NCBI GenBank assembly: GCA_013820875.1
Contig: JACDHS010000003.1
Coordinates: 26,952-90,951 of the forward strand
Source: Verrucomicrobiota bacterium
Lineage (GTDB): Bacteria; Verrucomicrobiota; Verrucomicrobiia; Limisphaerales; JACDHS01
Reading direction: 5' to 3'
Length of the DNA stretch: 64,000 nucleotides
Part shown: positions 34,857-43,992 of the stretch, piece by piece
Position numbering within the stretch: position 1 is the stretch's first letter
Layout: each line of letters begins with the position of its first letter
Program-made: the position numbers and the translations under genes
The notes under the pieces: model-generated
Told to the model about the DNA's origin: nothing
Database searches by the model: none
What the model saw: the letters and a program-made list of their open reading frames with translations, nothing else

Positions 34857-35552
34857 TTGTCTCTGACCAATTGTAACTTGCTAATGCCGCGTGTAACTCA
34901 TTGGATTTTTCGTGCCCTGGCCCGAATCGTTTTTTTATGGACGATGCGAGTTGAGGTGATTCGATCAGAAAGAGCGCACCGTTCTGGCCGCTACGTTATT
35001 GTCTGCAATCATATCAGCCATTTGGATCCGGTTTGTTTAAGTGTGATCTTGCGCCGAAGAATCGATTGGATGGCGCGGATCGAATTTTTCCGAAATCCGT
35101 TTTCTTCATGGCTGATGAAATCGGTGGACGCTTTTCCCGTGAACCGGCAGGGGTTGGCATTGCGAGGAATTAGAACGGCCATCGAGCGACTGAAACAGGA
35201 TCGGGTGGTCGGCATTTGCCCGGAAGGTGAAGTAACTCGGGGAATGAATTCTGCGCTGCGGGGCGGAGCTGTCAAAAAAGGCGCTTTGTTAATCGCCTGC
35301 CGTGCGGATGCGCCTATTCTGCCGTGCGTTATCCTGGGAACGGAGCAGTTGGATAAGGTTAAAACGTGGTTGCCGTTCCGAAGGGGCAAGTTGTTACTGA
35401 TCTGCGGCTCGTTCATTGAGCCGAACGCAAGTGCCAAAGGAACGCGCAAGCAGGTTCGTGAAGCGATGCGTTGTGAATTGCAACAAGCGTTCGTCAGTCT
35501 CTACGCGGAGGCTCGCCGAACCCACGGCATCAAAGACGAGCAGGTTCCGTAG
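34857..35552 (+). CDS. Lysophospholipid (PlsC-family) acyltransferase
   Basis: Contains the HX4D motif CNHISHLDP and CPEGEVTRG. The start may be the ATG at 34884. Confidence 0.8.
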   Translation: MSLTNCNLLMPRVTHWIFRALARIVFLWTMRVEVIRSERAHRSGRYVIVCNHISHLDPVCLSVILRRRIDWMARIEFFRNPFSSWLMKSVDAFPVNRQGLALRGIRTAIERLKQDRVVGICPEGEVTRGMNSALRGGAVKKGALLIACRADAPILPCVILGTEQLDKVKTWLPFRRGKLLLICGSFIEPNASAKGTRKQVREAMRCELQQAFVSLYAEARRTHGIKDEQVP

Positions 35553-35581
35553 ATTGGGCCTCGCGGCATGAACAACTTCGA

Positions 35582-36658
35582 ATGAAAAAATTCGCACTGA
35601 CTGCCCTCCAGGCAACAATAACTGTTGTTCTTCTTTGGTGGATTTTTTCTGATGACGCTCTGCGTTCGGGCATGGCGCGGACATTTCGCTCGGCGGACAC
35701 GAATTGGCTTCTGCTCGGAATAGCGGTAGCTGGCATTGGGGTGTTGAGCGGCATTTGCCGTTGGCGGATTTTCTTGCAGATTCAGCAAATTCCCGTGAGT
35801 TGGTGGCGGACCACACAGCTTTATATGATCGGGCTGTTCTTTAATCTTCTCTTTCTCGGCGCGATCGGTGGAGATGTGATCAAGGTGCTTTGCCTGGCGA
35901 AAGATAATCCAGGGCGACGAACGGCTATCGTTTTGTCGGTTGTGGCAGATCGGTTAAGTGGACTGCTCGCACTCGTGACTGTGGCATCGATTTTTACCCT
36001 CGGCAGATATGGTTGGTTTACGCAAAACCCGGCGGCTGCGGGGATGCTTTGGTTTTTGCTGGGGTATTTGGTTTTCTCGGTGCTGGGAGTGGCGTTTTCG
36101 TTTCTCGTCGCGAGAATGGGTGTGGCCGAAAAAATGCCGCGCCGCGTGCCGGGACGGGCTAAGTTTATAGAATTATCAAAGTCTTATCATCTCTTCGCCA
36201 GCGCCTGGAAACCGACGTTGTGCGCCGCATTGATTTCGTTCGTCGGTTTATTTGCGCATTACGGAACTTTTTATTGCAGTGGGCGCGCGTTCCAGCCATC
36301 CCCTTCCCTGTTGGATATGTATTCCATCATGCCGGTCGTGGACGTAATTTCTTCGCTTCCCATTGCCATTTCGGGATTGGGAGTTCGCGAGAAATTATTT
36401 GAAGAGTTGCTGGGAAGTCTCAGCGGAATTCCGGGGGAAACCGCTCTGTTGATTTCTCTGGCTGGGTTTGCGGTCTCTGTCGTCTGGAGCGTGGTGGGGG
36501 CTGGGATTTTTCCATTTTACCGTTCAGAAACAGCACGGCGTCACGAAAGCATACGTGATCTGCTGAAAGGCACGCACAGCTTGGATGGTGTCGAAAAAAA
36601 CGCGGAACCCATGCCCACTCAACAAAGCTGTTCATCGGTCGGAACCACGAACGAATAA
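35582..36658 (+). CDS. UPF0104 / lysyl-phosphatidylglycerol-synthase transmembrane-region (flippase-like) family membrane protein
   Basis: 358 aa with about 8 TM helices and the signature LGAIGGDVIKVLCL. It converges on the deacetylase gene and overlaps its 3' end by 40 nt. Confidence 0.7.
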   Translation: MKKFALTALQATITVVLLWWIFSDDALRSGMARTFRSADTNWLLLGIAVAGIGVLSGICRWRIFLQIQQIPVSWWRTTQLYMIGLFFNLLFLGAIGGDVIKVLCLAKDNPGRRTAIVLSVVADRLSGLLALVTVASIFTLGRYGWFTQNPAAAGMLWFLLGYLVFSVLGVAFSFLVARMGVAEKMPRRVPGRAKFIELSKSYHLFASAWKPTLCAALISFVGLFAHYGTFYCSGRAFQPSPSLLDMYSIMPVVDVISSLPIAISGLGVREKLFEELLGSLSGIPGETALLISLAGFAVSVVWSVVGAGIFPFYRSETARRHESIRDLLKGTHSLDGVEKNAEPMPTQQSCSSVGTTNE

Positions 36659-37398
36659 CCCATTTGGGCCAATTCTTCCACCACCAACCCGATGCATTCG
36701 TTGCTTGAGGCTTGCTTGTTCGAATCTAAACGTCCTTCGTGCAAGAGAATAATATCGCCAGGTCGCACGAGTGATTTGATGCGTTTGGCAACTGCTATTG
36801 GATTGCAGACAATGCCATCCTTCCCTTTAAGACTCCATGCGATCAATCGCATGCCATGGTTTGCGAGGATCGGTTGTAGAAAAAGACTTTTGATTCCCAC
36901 CGGTGAACGGAACCAGTTCGGCTGCAATCCCGTGGTCTGTTTTAACGCGTCGTTGCACGAGGCAATTTCGCTTCTGATGTAACGAGGTGGGTAACACCAG
37001 AAAAGGGCAGCAGGATGGGTGTGGGTATGGTTCGCCAGAGTATGGCCGGCCGCCAGAAGCGGTCCGGCAAGACGCGCGTGCTTAAGGAGATACTGTCCTT
37101 TGACGAAGAAGGTGGCTCGAGCGTTATGCCGCGCAAGAATTTCGATCAACTGCTCCGTGTTTGTTCCATCCGGGCCGTCATCAATCGTCAACCAGACTTC
37201 TTTCCTGGCCGTCTTAAACCGGGTCACAACCGGAACCAGCCAATTGCAAGCCGGTTGGAAGATCGCGTACGCCAGCATGCAGTAAGCGAAAACAGTGATG
37301 ATGATTGCAAACCAGTTTCCACCGCTCAACCCGATAGCTGCCAGCCCAAACAGCGTGAAGCCGAGCAATTGGTGGCGTGGATGATAGCGCGTTTTCAA
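36619..37398 (-). CDS. Polysaccharide deacetylase (NodB homology domain), membrane-anchored
   Basis: Contains WLTIDDGPDG, TFFVKG and LANHTHTHP, with two N-terminal TM helices. Confidence 0.85.
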   Translation of the reverse strand: MKTRYHPRHQLLGFTLFGLAAIGLSGGNWFAIIITVFAYCMLAYAIFQPACNWLVPVVTRFKTARKEVWLTIDDGPDGTNTEQLIEILARHNARATFFVKGQYLLKHARLAGPLLAAGHTLANHTHTHPAALFWCYPPRYIRSEIASCNDALKQTTGLQPNWFRSPVGIKSLFLQPILANHGMRLIAWSLKGKDGIVCNPIAVAKRIKSLVRPGDIILLHEGRLDSNKQASSNECIGLVVEELAQMGYSFVVPTDEQLC

Positions 37399-37408
37399 CG
37401 GGTTGAAT

Positions 37409-38068
37409 TCAGGTTTTACGCCTTGCGACGAAGAGATAACTGTTGAACGGCGTTTTACCCCACAGCGGCTTTACCTCCGTGACAAAACCGAGTTCTGCGA
37501 AAATGGTGGTGACGCTTTCAGCCGTGGGGAAGCAAAGCGTTGGCGCTTTCATCCAGCGGAATGCGTGCAGCAAAAATTCTTCGAAGACCGTTAACTTGAA
37601 ACGCCAGCTTGAATCCCTCGGAGTGGTGCGAATGATGCAAACTCCATTGATCGGGATTTGTTCCGTCACTTGCCGTAAGAGCGCACGCTGTGCTTCTTCA
37701 CTCAAATAATGCAAGACATCGAAAATGACGACGTTACCACAGAATTCCACAGGCGTGCCGCCATCCTGCACGAGGAATTGAACGTTCGCATAACGCCCTG
37801 CGGCAACCTTGCGCGCTGACTCAATCTTCCGTTCATCCAGATCAACACCGATCACCGGCGTATCAATCCCAAGTTCGCGAAGATAGAACGCGAACAACCC
37901 CATCCCACAGCCAATATCGAGAATCGGTAAATCGGATTTTTCCAGCAACTCCACTGCAGCACGATAGACAGGATCCGAGCGCAACTTCCCGCGGGCATAA
38001 CCTTGCAACCAGCGCGATGGGTAACATCGGGCGATGCGTTCGATTCGCTGTTGTTCGTCAGAAGTCAT
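37409..38068 (-). CDS. Class I SAM-dependent methyltransferase
   Basis: ILDIGCGMGLFAFYL is motif I and VVIFDVLHYL is also present. 219 aa. Confidence 0.8.
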   Translation of the reverse strand: MTSDEQQRIERIARCYPSRWLQGYARGKLRSDPVYRAAVELLEKSDLPILDIGCGMGLFAFYLRELGIDTPVIGVDLDERKIESARKVAAGRYANVQFLVQDGGTPVEFCGNVVIFDVLHYLSEEAQRALLRQVTEQIPINGVCIIRTTPRDSSWRFKLTVFEEFLLHAFRWMKAPTLCFPTAESVTTIFAELGFVTEVKPLWGKTPFNSYLFVARRKT

Positions 38069-38173
38069 TCTTATTAACGAAATGGAAAGAAGATGAACTT
38101 GAACGGCTTCATGCTGTAATCCCGCAAACCTTTCGCACCGGGTCGATTCCGTGCGATTCGTTCGAGCGGTCGT

Positions 38174-39631
38174 TCATCGTTTGATTTTTCCGCTGGGTGT
38201 TTGCGGCAGGGCTTCCACAAATGCGAACTGCACGGGGATTTTGTATTGGGCGAGAGCGGCTCGACAATGGGAGATGAGGGCCGGAATGGACGGTGGTTTT
38301 TCCGGGTTGTCCGCGATGATTTCTGCAACAGGCATGGATCCGAGAAAGGGGTGGGCTTTTCCAAAAACGCGCGCCGCACGAACCTCCGGATGGGCACAAA
38401 GCACAGATTCGATTTCTTCCGGAAAACATTTCATCCCGGCAACGTTGATGACCGAATGCGTGCGGCCCACCAGGTGCAGGTGCCCATCCGCATCCTTCGT
38501 CGCGAGATCGCCGGTGCGAAACCAGCCGTCCTCCAGGATATGCTGCCGCGTTCGCCAGGGAATCAGATAGGCATCCGTCATTCCCGGCCCGCGTAGAAAC
38601 AACTCGCCTGGTTCCCCGTCAGGAACCTCACCGCCGTCGGGATCGCGCAGTTCGGCCGTAAAGCCGGGTTGCGGACGTCCGATCGAGCCGGGCTTTTCGT
38701 GCGCGGCATCGGTGTTCAAAATGGAAAGGCCGACTTCAATGATGCCAAGCCCCTGCGCGAGCGGAAGCCCGAACCGTGACTGAAACGCCAACGCAGTGGC
38801 AGAGGGCAGGGGGGCAGCGGTGGAAACTGCGAGACGCAACGTGGGCCAATCCAACCCGGAAAGATCCCCGGCGAGCATGTTGTGATGAAACGGCGCTGCG
38901 TAAAGAATCGTGCCGCAATGCTTGCGACCCGCGTTCAAAACATCCAGCGCAAGATGCGCTGAAACGAGAATCGTCGTTGCGCCATGATACAGATACAGCA
39001 CGATGGAAACTGCGAAATGGTGGGCCATCGGCAAAATCCAGACCACGCGATCTTCGGGGCCAATCTTCAGGCCATGATTGGCGACAGTAATGCGTTCGAG
39101 CAACGTTTCATGCGAGAGCACAATGCCTTTGCTCTTCCCGGTTGTCCCGGAGCTGAAACGAATCAGGGCGGGATTCAGGGCGGCGAAATCGGCTTCGTCA
39201 AATTCCGTTGGGGCATTCGCCACTTCATCCATGGCAAACAACAGTGTGGCGCAAAAACGCGGACACTGAATCTGCACCGTTGATCCCCCTGGATGTTGCC
39301 ACATGCCGCCTTCGCCGATCAGCACGGCATTGACCTTCGTGACGCGGATCAGTGCATCGCGTTCTCGTGCTGGCAATTCCCCAGCGACCGGAACAAGACA
39401 TCCGCCCCCGCGCAAAATAGCGAGCGCGAGCACGACATGAGCGATCCCATTCGGGCAACTTAAACCAATCCGCGCCACACCATTGGACTGAAAGGCGCCA
39501 GCGTCACGCATCTGCTTTGTGAGAGTATCCACCAGTTGTGTGAGTTCACCAAAAGTGAGTGAATCATCCTCGCTGATGATCGCGATGGCATTGGGATTCG
39601 CCCGTTGAAAAATGGAATCTACAATGTTCAT
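38174..39631 (-). CDS. AMP-dependent synthetase/ligase (fatty-acyl-AMP/CoA ligase-like)
   Basis: Contains FSSGTTGKSKGIVLSH, GDLATKDADGHLHLVGR and the C-terminal PQTPSGKIKR. Confidence 0.85.
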   Translation of the reverse strand: MNIVDSIFQRANPNAIAIISEDDSLTFGELTQLVDTLTKQMRDAGAFQSNGVARIGLSCPNGIAHVVLALAILRGGGCLVPVAGELPARERDALIRVTKVNAVLIGEGGMWQHPGGSTVQIQCPRFCATLLFAMDEVANAPTEFDEADFAALNPALIRFSSGTTGKSKGIVLSHETLLERITVANHGLKIGPEDRVVWILPMAHHFAVSIVLYLYHGATTILVSAHLALDVLNAGRKHCGTILYAAPFHHNMLAGDLSGLDWPTLRLAVSTAAPLPSATALAFQSRFGLPLAQGLGIIEVGLSILNTDAAHEKPGSIGRPQPGFTAELRDPDGGEVPDGEPGELFLRGPGMTDAYLIPWRTRQHILEDGWFRTGDLATKDADGHLHLVGRTHSVINVAGMKCFPEEIESVLCAHPEVRAARVFGKAHPFLGSMPVAEIIADNPEKPPSIPALISHCRAALAQYKIPVQFAFVEALPQTPSGKIKR

Positions 39632-40924
39632 TTACAAAGTTGTATAGCGTTGCGCAAAAGGGATCATGATACGATCGCGGCTCGCCGTGACCTCCGCAGC
39701 ATCGACCCAATCAGACGCTTGATGACTCATCAAGGCTGCAGCAATTCCAGCAGCTTCACCAGTAGCGAAGCAGGTGCCGATCACGCGAATGGAACCTTGC
39801 GCCCCGTGGCTGCTCGAAATGCAGCGGCCCGCTGCGAAAAGATTATGGACCCGTTTTGAGCGCAGTGCGCGAAGTGGAATCTCACATGGCTGATTGTTTT
39901 CGGGAAAACGCAATCGCGCGCCGGTGGCCTGTTCGCGCATCTCCATCGGCCAGGTGGCGAGTGCAACAGCATCAGGAAAGCGCGCTCCGTTCAGGATGTC
40001 CGCATCTTCGATCCGATATTCGCCAATCATCCTCCGGCTTTCACGAATCCCGACACGAGCCGGAAGCGCGGCGATGTAGCTCTCCGCAAATCCTTCCACT
40101 TCAGATTTTAAAAATTCAGCTAACGCCCCGGCCAATTCGCGTCCATGCGCTTCCAGGCCAGAAAGGCACTTTGGATTGGTTGGATTGTATTCGAGCCCCG
40201 GCGGGCCATTGAGGTCCACGGTGACAAACGCTTCCCCGTTGCGTCCGCTGCCGCGGAGTGCCGCGCCCATGGCCCCGCGCGGCAAACGCCCAGCGCGAAC
40301 TGCCGTTGCTATTTCATGGGCAATACGGAGGCGTCCTGCATCCGCGAGTGTTTCTTCCCGCACACCTTGCAATGCGAAGATGAACGCGGGGCGTTGCAGT
40401 TTTTGGCTTTCCTCCTGTTCGCAATCGGCGCCAGCGAGCGACGCCAGGGCTGCATCACCCGTGGCATCAATGACCACTTTTGGCTGGATGATTTCGCGAA
40501 CACCGCGGCAACACGTTTCCAGTGAATCAACACGTGTCGTCGCCTGCACCCCAATGAGCTCGGTGTGGAATCGCACTTCGAGATTGGGCGTTTCCTGAAC
40601 CAAAGCATCCGCCAGCCGTGCAAAGGCCGTGGGATGTTGCAAAAGAACATCCACGCGCCCCATGCGAATGGGACCATGCGTTCCGCCTGCTTTGGAAAGG
40701 CGCAAAGCGAACTCAGAAGGAAATCCCGGATTGGCCAGAACAGCTCCCGGTTCAGAACGGAGCAGATACAGTCCGCAGAACGAATGGATCAACGCCGCCG
40801 TTGCCATGCCCCCCAGCGAGCCATGTCGTTCTAATAAAACCGTGTGAGCGCCGGTTCGTGCGGCAGCGATTCCCGCCGCTAATCCGGCGCTTCCTCCGCC
40901 TGCCACAAGCACGTCGCACCGCAT
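39632..40924 (-). CDS. FAD-dependent oxidoreductase
   Basis: I set the start at ATG 40922-40924, giving MRCDVLVAGGGSAGLAAGIAAARTG with GxGxxG at the N-terminus. This lies 1 nt after the upstream TAG. The track start at 40969 would overlap the upstream gene by 44 nt. Confidence 0.8.
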   Translation of the reverse strand: MRCDVLVAGGGSAGLAAGIAAARTGAHTVLLERHGSLGGMATAALIHSFCGLYLLRSEPGAVLANPGFPSEFALRLSKAGGTHGPIRMGRVDVLLQHPTAFARLADALVQETPNLEVRFHTELIGVQATTRVDSLETCCRGVREIIQPKVVIDATGDAALASLAGADCEQEESQKLQRPAFIFALQGVREETLADAGRLRIAHEIATAVRAGRLPRGAMGAALRGSGRNGEAFVTVDLNGPPGLEYNPTNPKCLSGLEAHGRELAGALAEFLKSEVEGFAESYIAALPARVGIRESRRMIGEYRIEDADILNGARFPDAVALATWPMEMREQATGARLRFPENNQPCEIPLRALRSKRVHNLFAAGRCISSSHGAQGSIRVIGTCFATGEAAGIAAALMSHQASDWVDAAEVTASRDRIMIPFAQRYTTL

Positions 40925-40925
40925 A

Positions 40926-42317
40926 CTAAACGGCCTCGGCGAGTTGCTGAACCGCAATGGTGCGGACACCGCCCATCAGGTCTTCGATAAATTGCGAAAG
41001 TAACAACTTCCGTTCGCTGTCGCTGATGACCCCTTCTCTCCAGGAGAAGGTGATGGTCAGAAGCCCGTTTCTTTCACTGAGAAAAATGCCCGTGCCGGGC
41101 GGTGTCGAAACCGTCGGGACGTGATAGCCATTCGTCAGTTCGGCGCCGCACACCGATTTCAGATCCGGCGCAAAGGCGCCGGTGTGCGAATGAAAAAAGC
41201 AGGTCAGTTCCCCGCCGAATTGACGGCGCAAGAATTGCGTGTAAAGCCACGACGGCAACCGGCGCATCAAATTGAGCACGGTGGAAAATGATTCATCCAA
41301 CCGGTGCCGCGTCATATCGGAAAACTGGTTCTGCACTGTATGAACAGCGGTTTCCACAGTCGTGAGATCATCCGGCGTAAAATGGAAGAACAGGATGCTG
41401 ACCTGATTTTGAAAAATGGCGCTGGCCCCTTTGCGGCGGGTTTGCACGGGCAGGCTGATGATGAACGATTCCGGAGTGATCCCGCGTTGTTGCAGCACAC
41501 GGGCATGAGCGCGAGTGGCGCAAGCCAGGTAGAATGGCATGTTGAGCAAGGACGACCGTTGCGCGCGATTTTTGATTTCCGCGCTATCCCTGGCATCAAG
41601 CGTCACGATCTGACAACAGGCTTTGCCCGGCTTCGGAACGGGCCCGCCGAGGGAAGTGAACTTTGTCCGCACCAACTTGGAAAAACGTTGGACGAACGCT
41701 TTTGACCGGTCCATCTGCTGGCGAACCGGCAGGTTTTCCTTCGGCGGTTCGATTGCGCGAGGATGGGCCGGGGCATTTGGCTCACTCAATCGCGCCAGTT
41801 CGATCAGCAATAACTCCGCGCCGATTCCATCGAACAGAAGGTGTGTCCAGGTGGCTGCGAGCAAAACCTGCCCATCACGCTGTTCAATCAAATCAAAGCG
41901 CACATTGTTCCACTCGCGCTTCATCGCGAGGGGCGTGTTAAGAATATGCACAAGAAATGCAGGCGATGATTCAATGACTTCGGCTTTTGGAAACAATTGG
42001 CCCGGTGACTCTTTCTCGCGCCACAAAGAAACTGGCAAACTTCGATTAACCTGTGCAGGGACTTTCCAATAAGCTCCGGAAAAGAATGTTCGGCGGATTG
42101 GAGCGATCAGAATGGGATGACGGGTTGTCAGTTCCCGAACTGCATTCTGAAACTTTTCGAGGTTAAACCCGGCCCCGAGTTCCACGATGGTTTGCCCGAG
42201 ATGTTCGCCCTGCCCGGTGCGTTGCATAACAGTATCGAGTGCCAGGAGGAAGCTGTCACAACCGCGAAGAAATACTTTGGATGGAATAGTGGGCGTGGCC
42301 GGGGCGGGGTTATTCAT
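40926..42317 (-). CDS. Condensation-domain-like (HxxxDG) acyltransferase
   Basis: 463 aa. WTHLLFDGIGAELLL matches the HxxxDG catalytic motif of NRPS condensation/PapA5/WS-DGAT-type enzymes. The start overlaps the ACP stop (TAATG). Confidence 0.65.
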   Translation of the reverse strand: MNNPAPATPTIPSKVFLRGCDSFLLALDTVMQRTGQGEHLGQTIVELGAGFNLEKFQNAVRELTTRHPILIAPIRRTFFSGAYWKVPAQVNRSLPVSLWREKESPGQLFPKAEVIESSPAFLVHILNTPLAMKREWNNVRFDLIEQRDGQVLLAATWTHLLFDGIGAELLLIELARLSEPNAPAHPRAIEPPKENLPVRQQMDRSKAFVQRFSKLVRTKFTSLGGPVPKPGKACCQIVTLDARDSAEIKNRAQRSSLLNMPFYLACATRAHARVLQQRGITPESFIISLPVQTRRKGASAIFQNQVSILFFHFTPDDLTTVETAVHTVQNQFSDMTRHRLDESFSTVLNLMRRLPSWLYTQFLRRQFGGELTCFFHSHTGAFAPDLKSVCGAELTNGYHVPTVSTPPGTGIFLSERNGLLTITFSWREGVISDSERKLLLSQFIEDLMGGVRTIAVQQLAEAV

Positions 42318-42595
42318 TATTTCGAAGGAGGCACACCAAGCCGGCTATGGAGCAACTGCGCGACGGTGAGCGGGGTATTGAAATTCTCGCGGGTTAAGTC
42401 CGACGGTTGCAGCCACAGCCCATATTTTTCGTCAATCAAGAGCAGTAATTGCATGATCGCCATGGAATCGAGTCCTAATTCAAACAGGTTGCTGCTCGTA
42501 GCAAAAGTGGGCGGTACCTCCAAAAGTCTTTGGCTGATCAAGACAGCGAGTTCTTCTGCAAGAGTTTCAAGTTTCGGGGGCGGGTTGGATTCCAT
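42317..42595 (-). CDS. Acyl carrier protein (stand-alone)
   Basis: 92 aa. LGLDSMAIMQLLLLIDEKYG is a phosphopantetheine-attachment DS motif. Confidence 0.85.
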   Translation of the reverse strand: MESNPPPKLETLAEELAVLISQRLLEVPPTFATSSNLFELGLDSMAIMQLLLLIDEKYGLWLQPSDLTRENFNTPLTVAQLLHSRLGVPPSK

Positions 42596-43106
42596 GCTGC
42601 GGTTGCTTGTGACAGTTTCGCCGCAGTTTCAAGGATGGTTTCGGCTCGTTCAAGACTATTTGCCATTATTTTGGGTCAGTACGAGTAGCTCTCCGGAAAC
42701 GGGAAAAGCCCCAGGGTATTTGGTCATGTTTTCCCGCCCTTTCCGAACCCATGACAAGGCTTGTTAACGAAATTGTAAGACCATGCGCGAGCATGTCGCA
42801 CGAATTAGGCAATCCTGTTGATGGAACTATCCACGACTTTAAATATCTAAGAATTCAGCGCTGGTTAACTCGGGACTGGAAAGTCCCGAGAACTGGCACG
42901 CTGGAAAGCCTGCCACTACGTAGTGGCAGGTTTTCCAACCTGCCAGTTCGGGCCACTTTCCAGTGGCCAGTTCATTTTCCTCGGCTATCGCAATTTGCTG
43001 CGCATTGATCTCCACGTTGTAACCCCTCCCATTCATCCTTCAGTAAGCAACTTGACCAGCGAGATTGAACTTGCCCCCGGGCAGGCCAAACCACTGTAAT
43101 CAGTAG

Positions 43107-43802
43107 ATGCGTTTTGTCCCTTCCGTCCTTGTCCGATTTTCAGCGCAATGCCTTCTTTTATGTCTGCTTGTTTCTTTATCAGCTTCTGCCTCGGCATCGC
43201 CGGACATGGCTCTGATCCGGGAATGGATTGATCAACAAAAGGGGATCGAAAGTCTCCAGACCGATTTTACCCAAAGCCGAACCCTGAAAACACGGAAGGC
43301 ACCACTCGTCAGCAACGGGACTTTCGCATTTCAAGCGCCTGATTCTCTTCGCTGGCAGGTGGGCGAACCGGTGCAGGAGGTGGTTCTTCGAAATGGCAGA
43401 TCGCTCTACCTCATATCTGCTCAAAAGAAAAAAGCCAAACATCTGGTCGCCGACACGATCAGCGAGAAGACCCGGATGCAATCGTTGGGCATGATGGAAT
43501 TTCCATTTGTAAAAGACTTCGCCGATTTCGAGCGGCAATTTGATGTGGTGAATGTGAAAACGGTGGATGACCAATGCGATCTCGAACTAGCTCTCAAGGA
43601 CAAACGCGCCGCTCGTTACATCAAGAAAATGTTGCTCTCGTTTCAAGTGAAAACCGGGAATCTTGTCGTCTTCGAATTGCAGTTCCGCGACGGCTCAAAA
43701 CTGCGAAACGACTTTTCAAACATCCGCGTGAACCAACCAATGGATTCAAAAATATTTACCTACGACCTGACCGGCTTCCGGGTTAGCGAAGAAAAAGACT
43801 AA
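43107..43802 (+). CDS. LolA-like outer-membrane lipoprotein carrier family protein
   Basis: Has a signal peptide. FTQSRTLKTRKAPLVSNGTFAFQAPDSLRWQV matches the LolA pattern F.Q...sG.....P..fRW. Confidence 0.75.
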   Translation: MRFVPSVLVRFSAQCLLLCLLVSLSASASASPDMALIREWIDQQKGIESLQTDFTQSRTLKTRKAPLVSNGTFAFQAPDSLRWQVGEPVQEVVLRNGRSLYLISAQKKKAKHLVADTISEKTRMQSLGMMEFPFVKDFADFERQFDVVNVKTVDDQCDLELALKDKRAARYIKKMLLSFQVKTGNLVVFELQFRDGSKLRNDFSNIRVNQPMDSKIFTYDLTGFRVSEEKD

Positions 43803-43992
43803 CCACGGAATGATCATTTTCGGAAAAAAACAGATATGAACGGTGGTTTGGCACGAATTGGAGATAGAACAGGAACGGCCGGGAAATCCCCATGGAGAGC
43901 CCTGTTCCCTTTCGTGGAAAGTTCGTGCAATTCGTGTCACAGAACTTCCCGTCCATGGTTAAAAGCCAGGTTGCAATAGCTCCACCGCATTC

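Noticed and set aside
42893-42909. Sigma-54-type promoter (TGGCACGCTGGAAAGC) upstream of the LolA-like gene
   Set aside because: The -24 element TGGCAC fits. The -12 element reads AAGC instead of TTGC, and the site lies ~200 nt from the start codon. This is not sufficient support.
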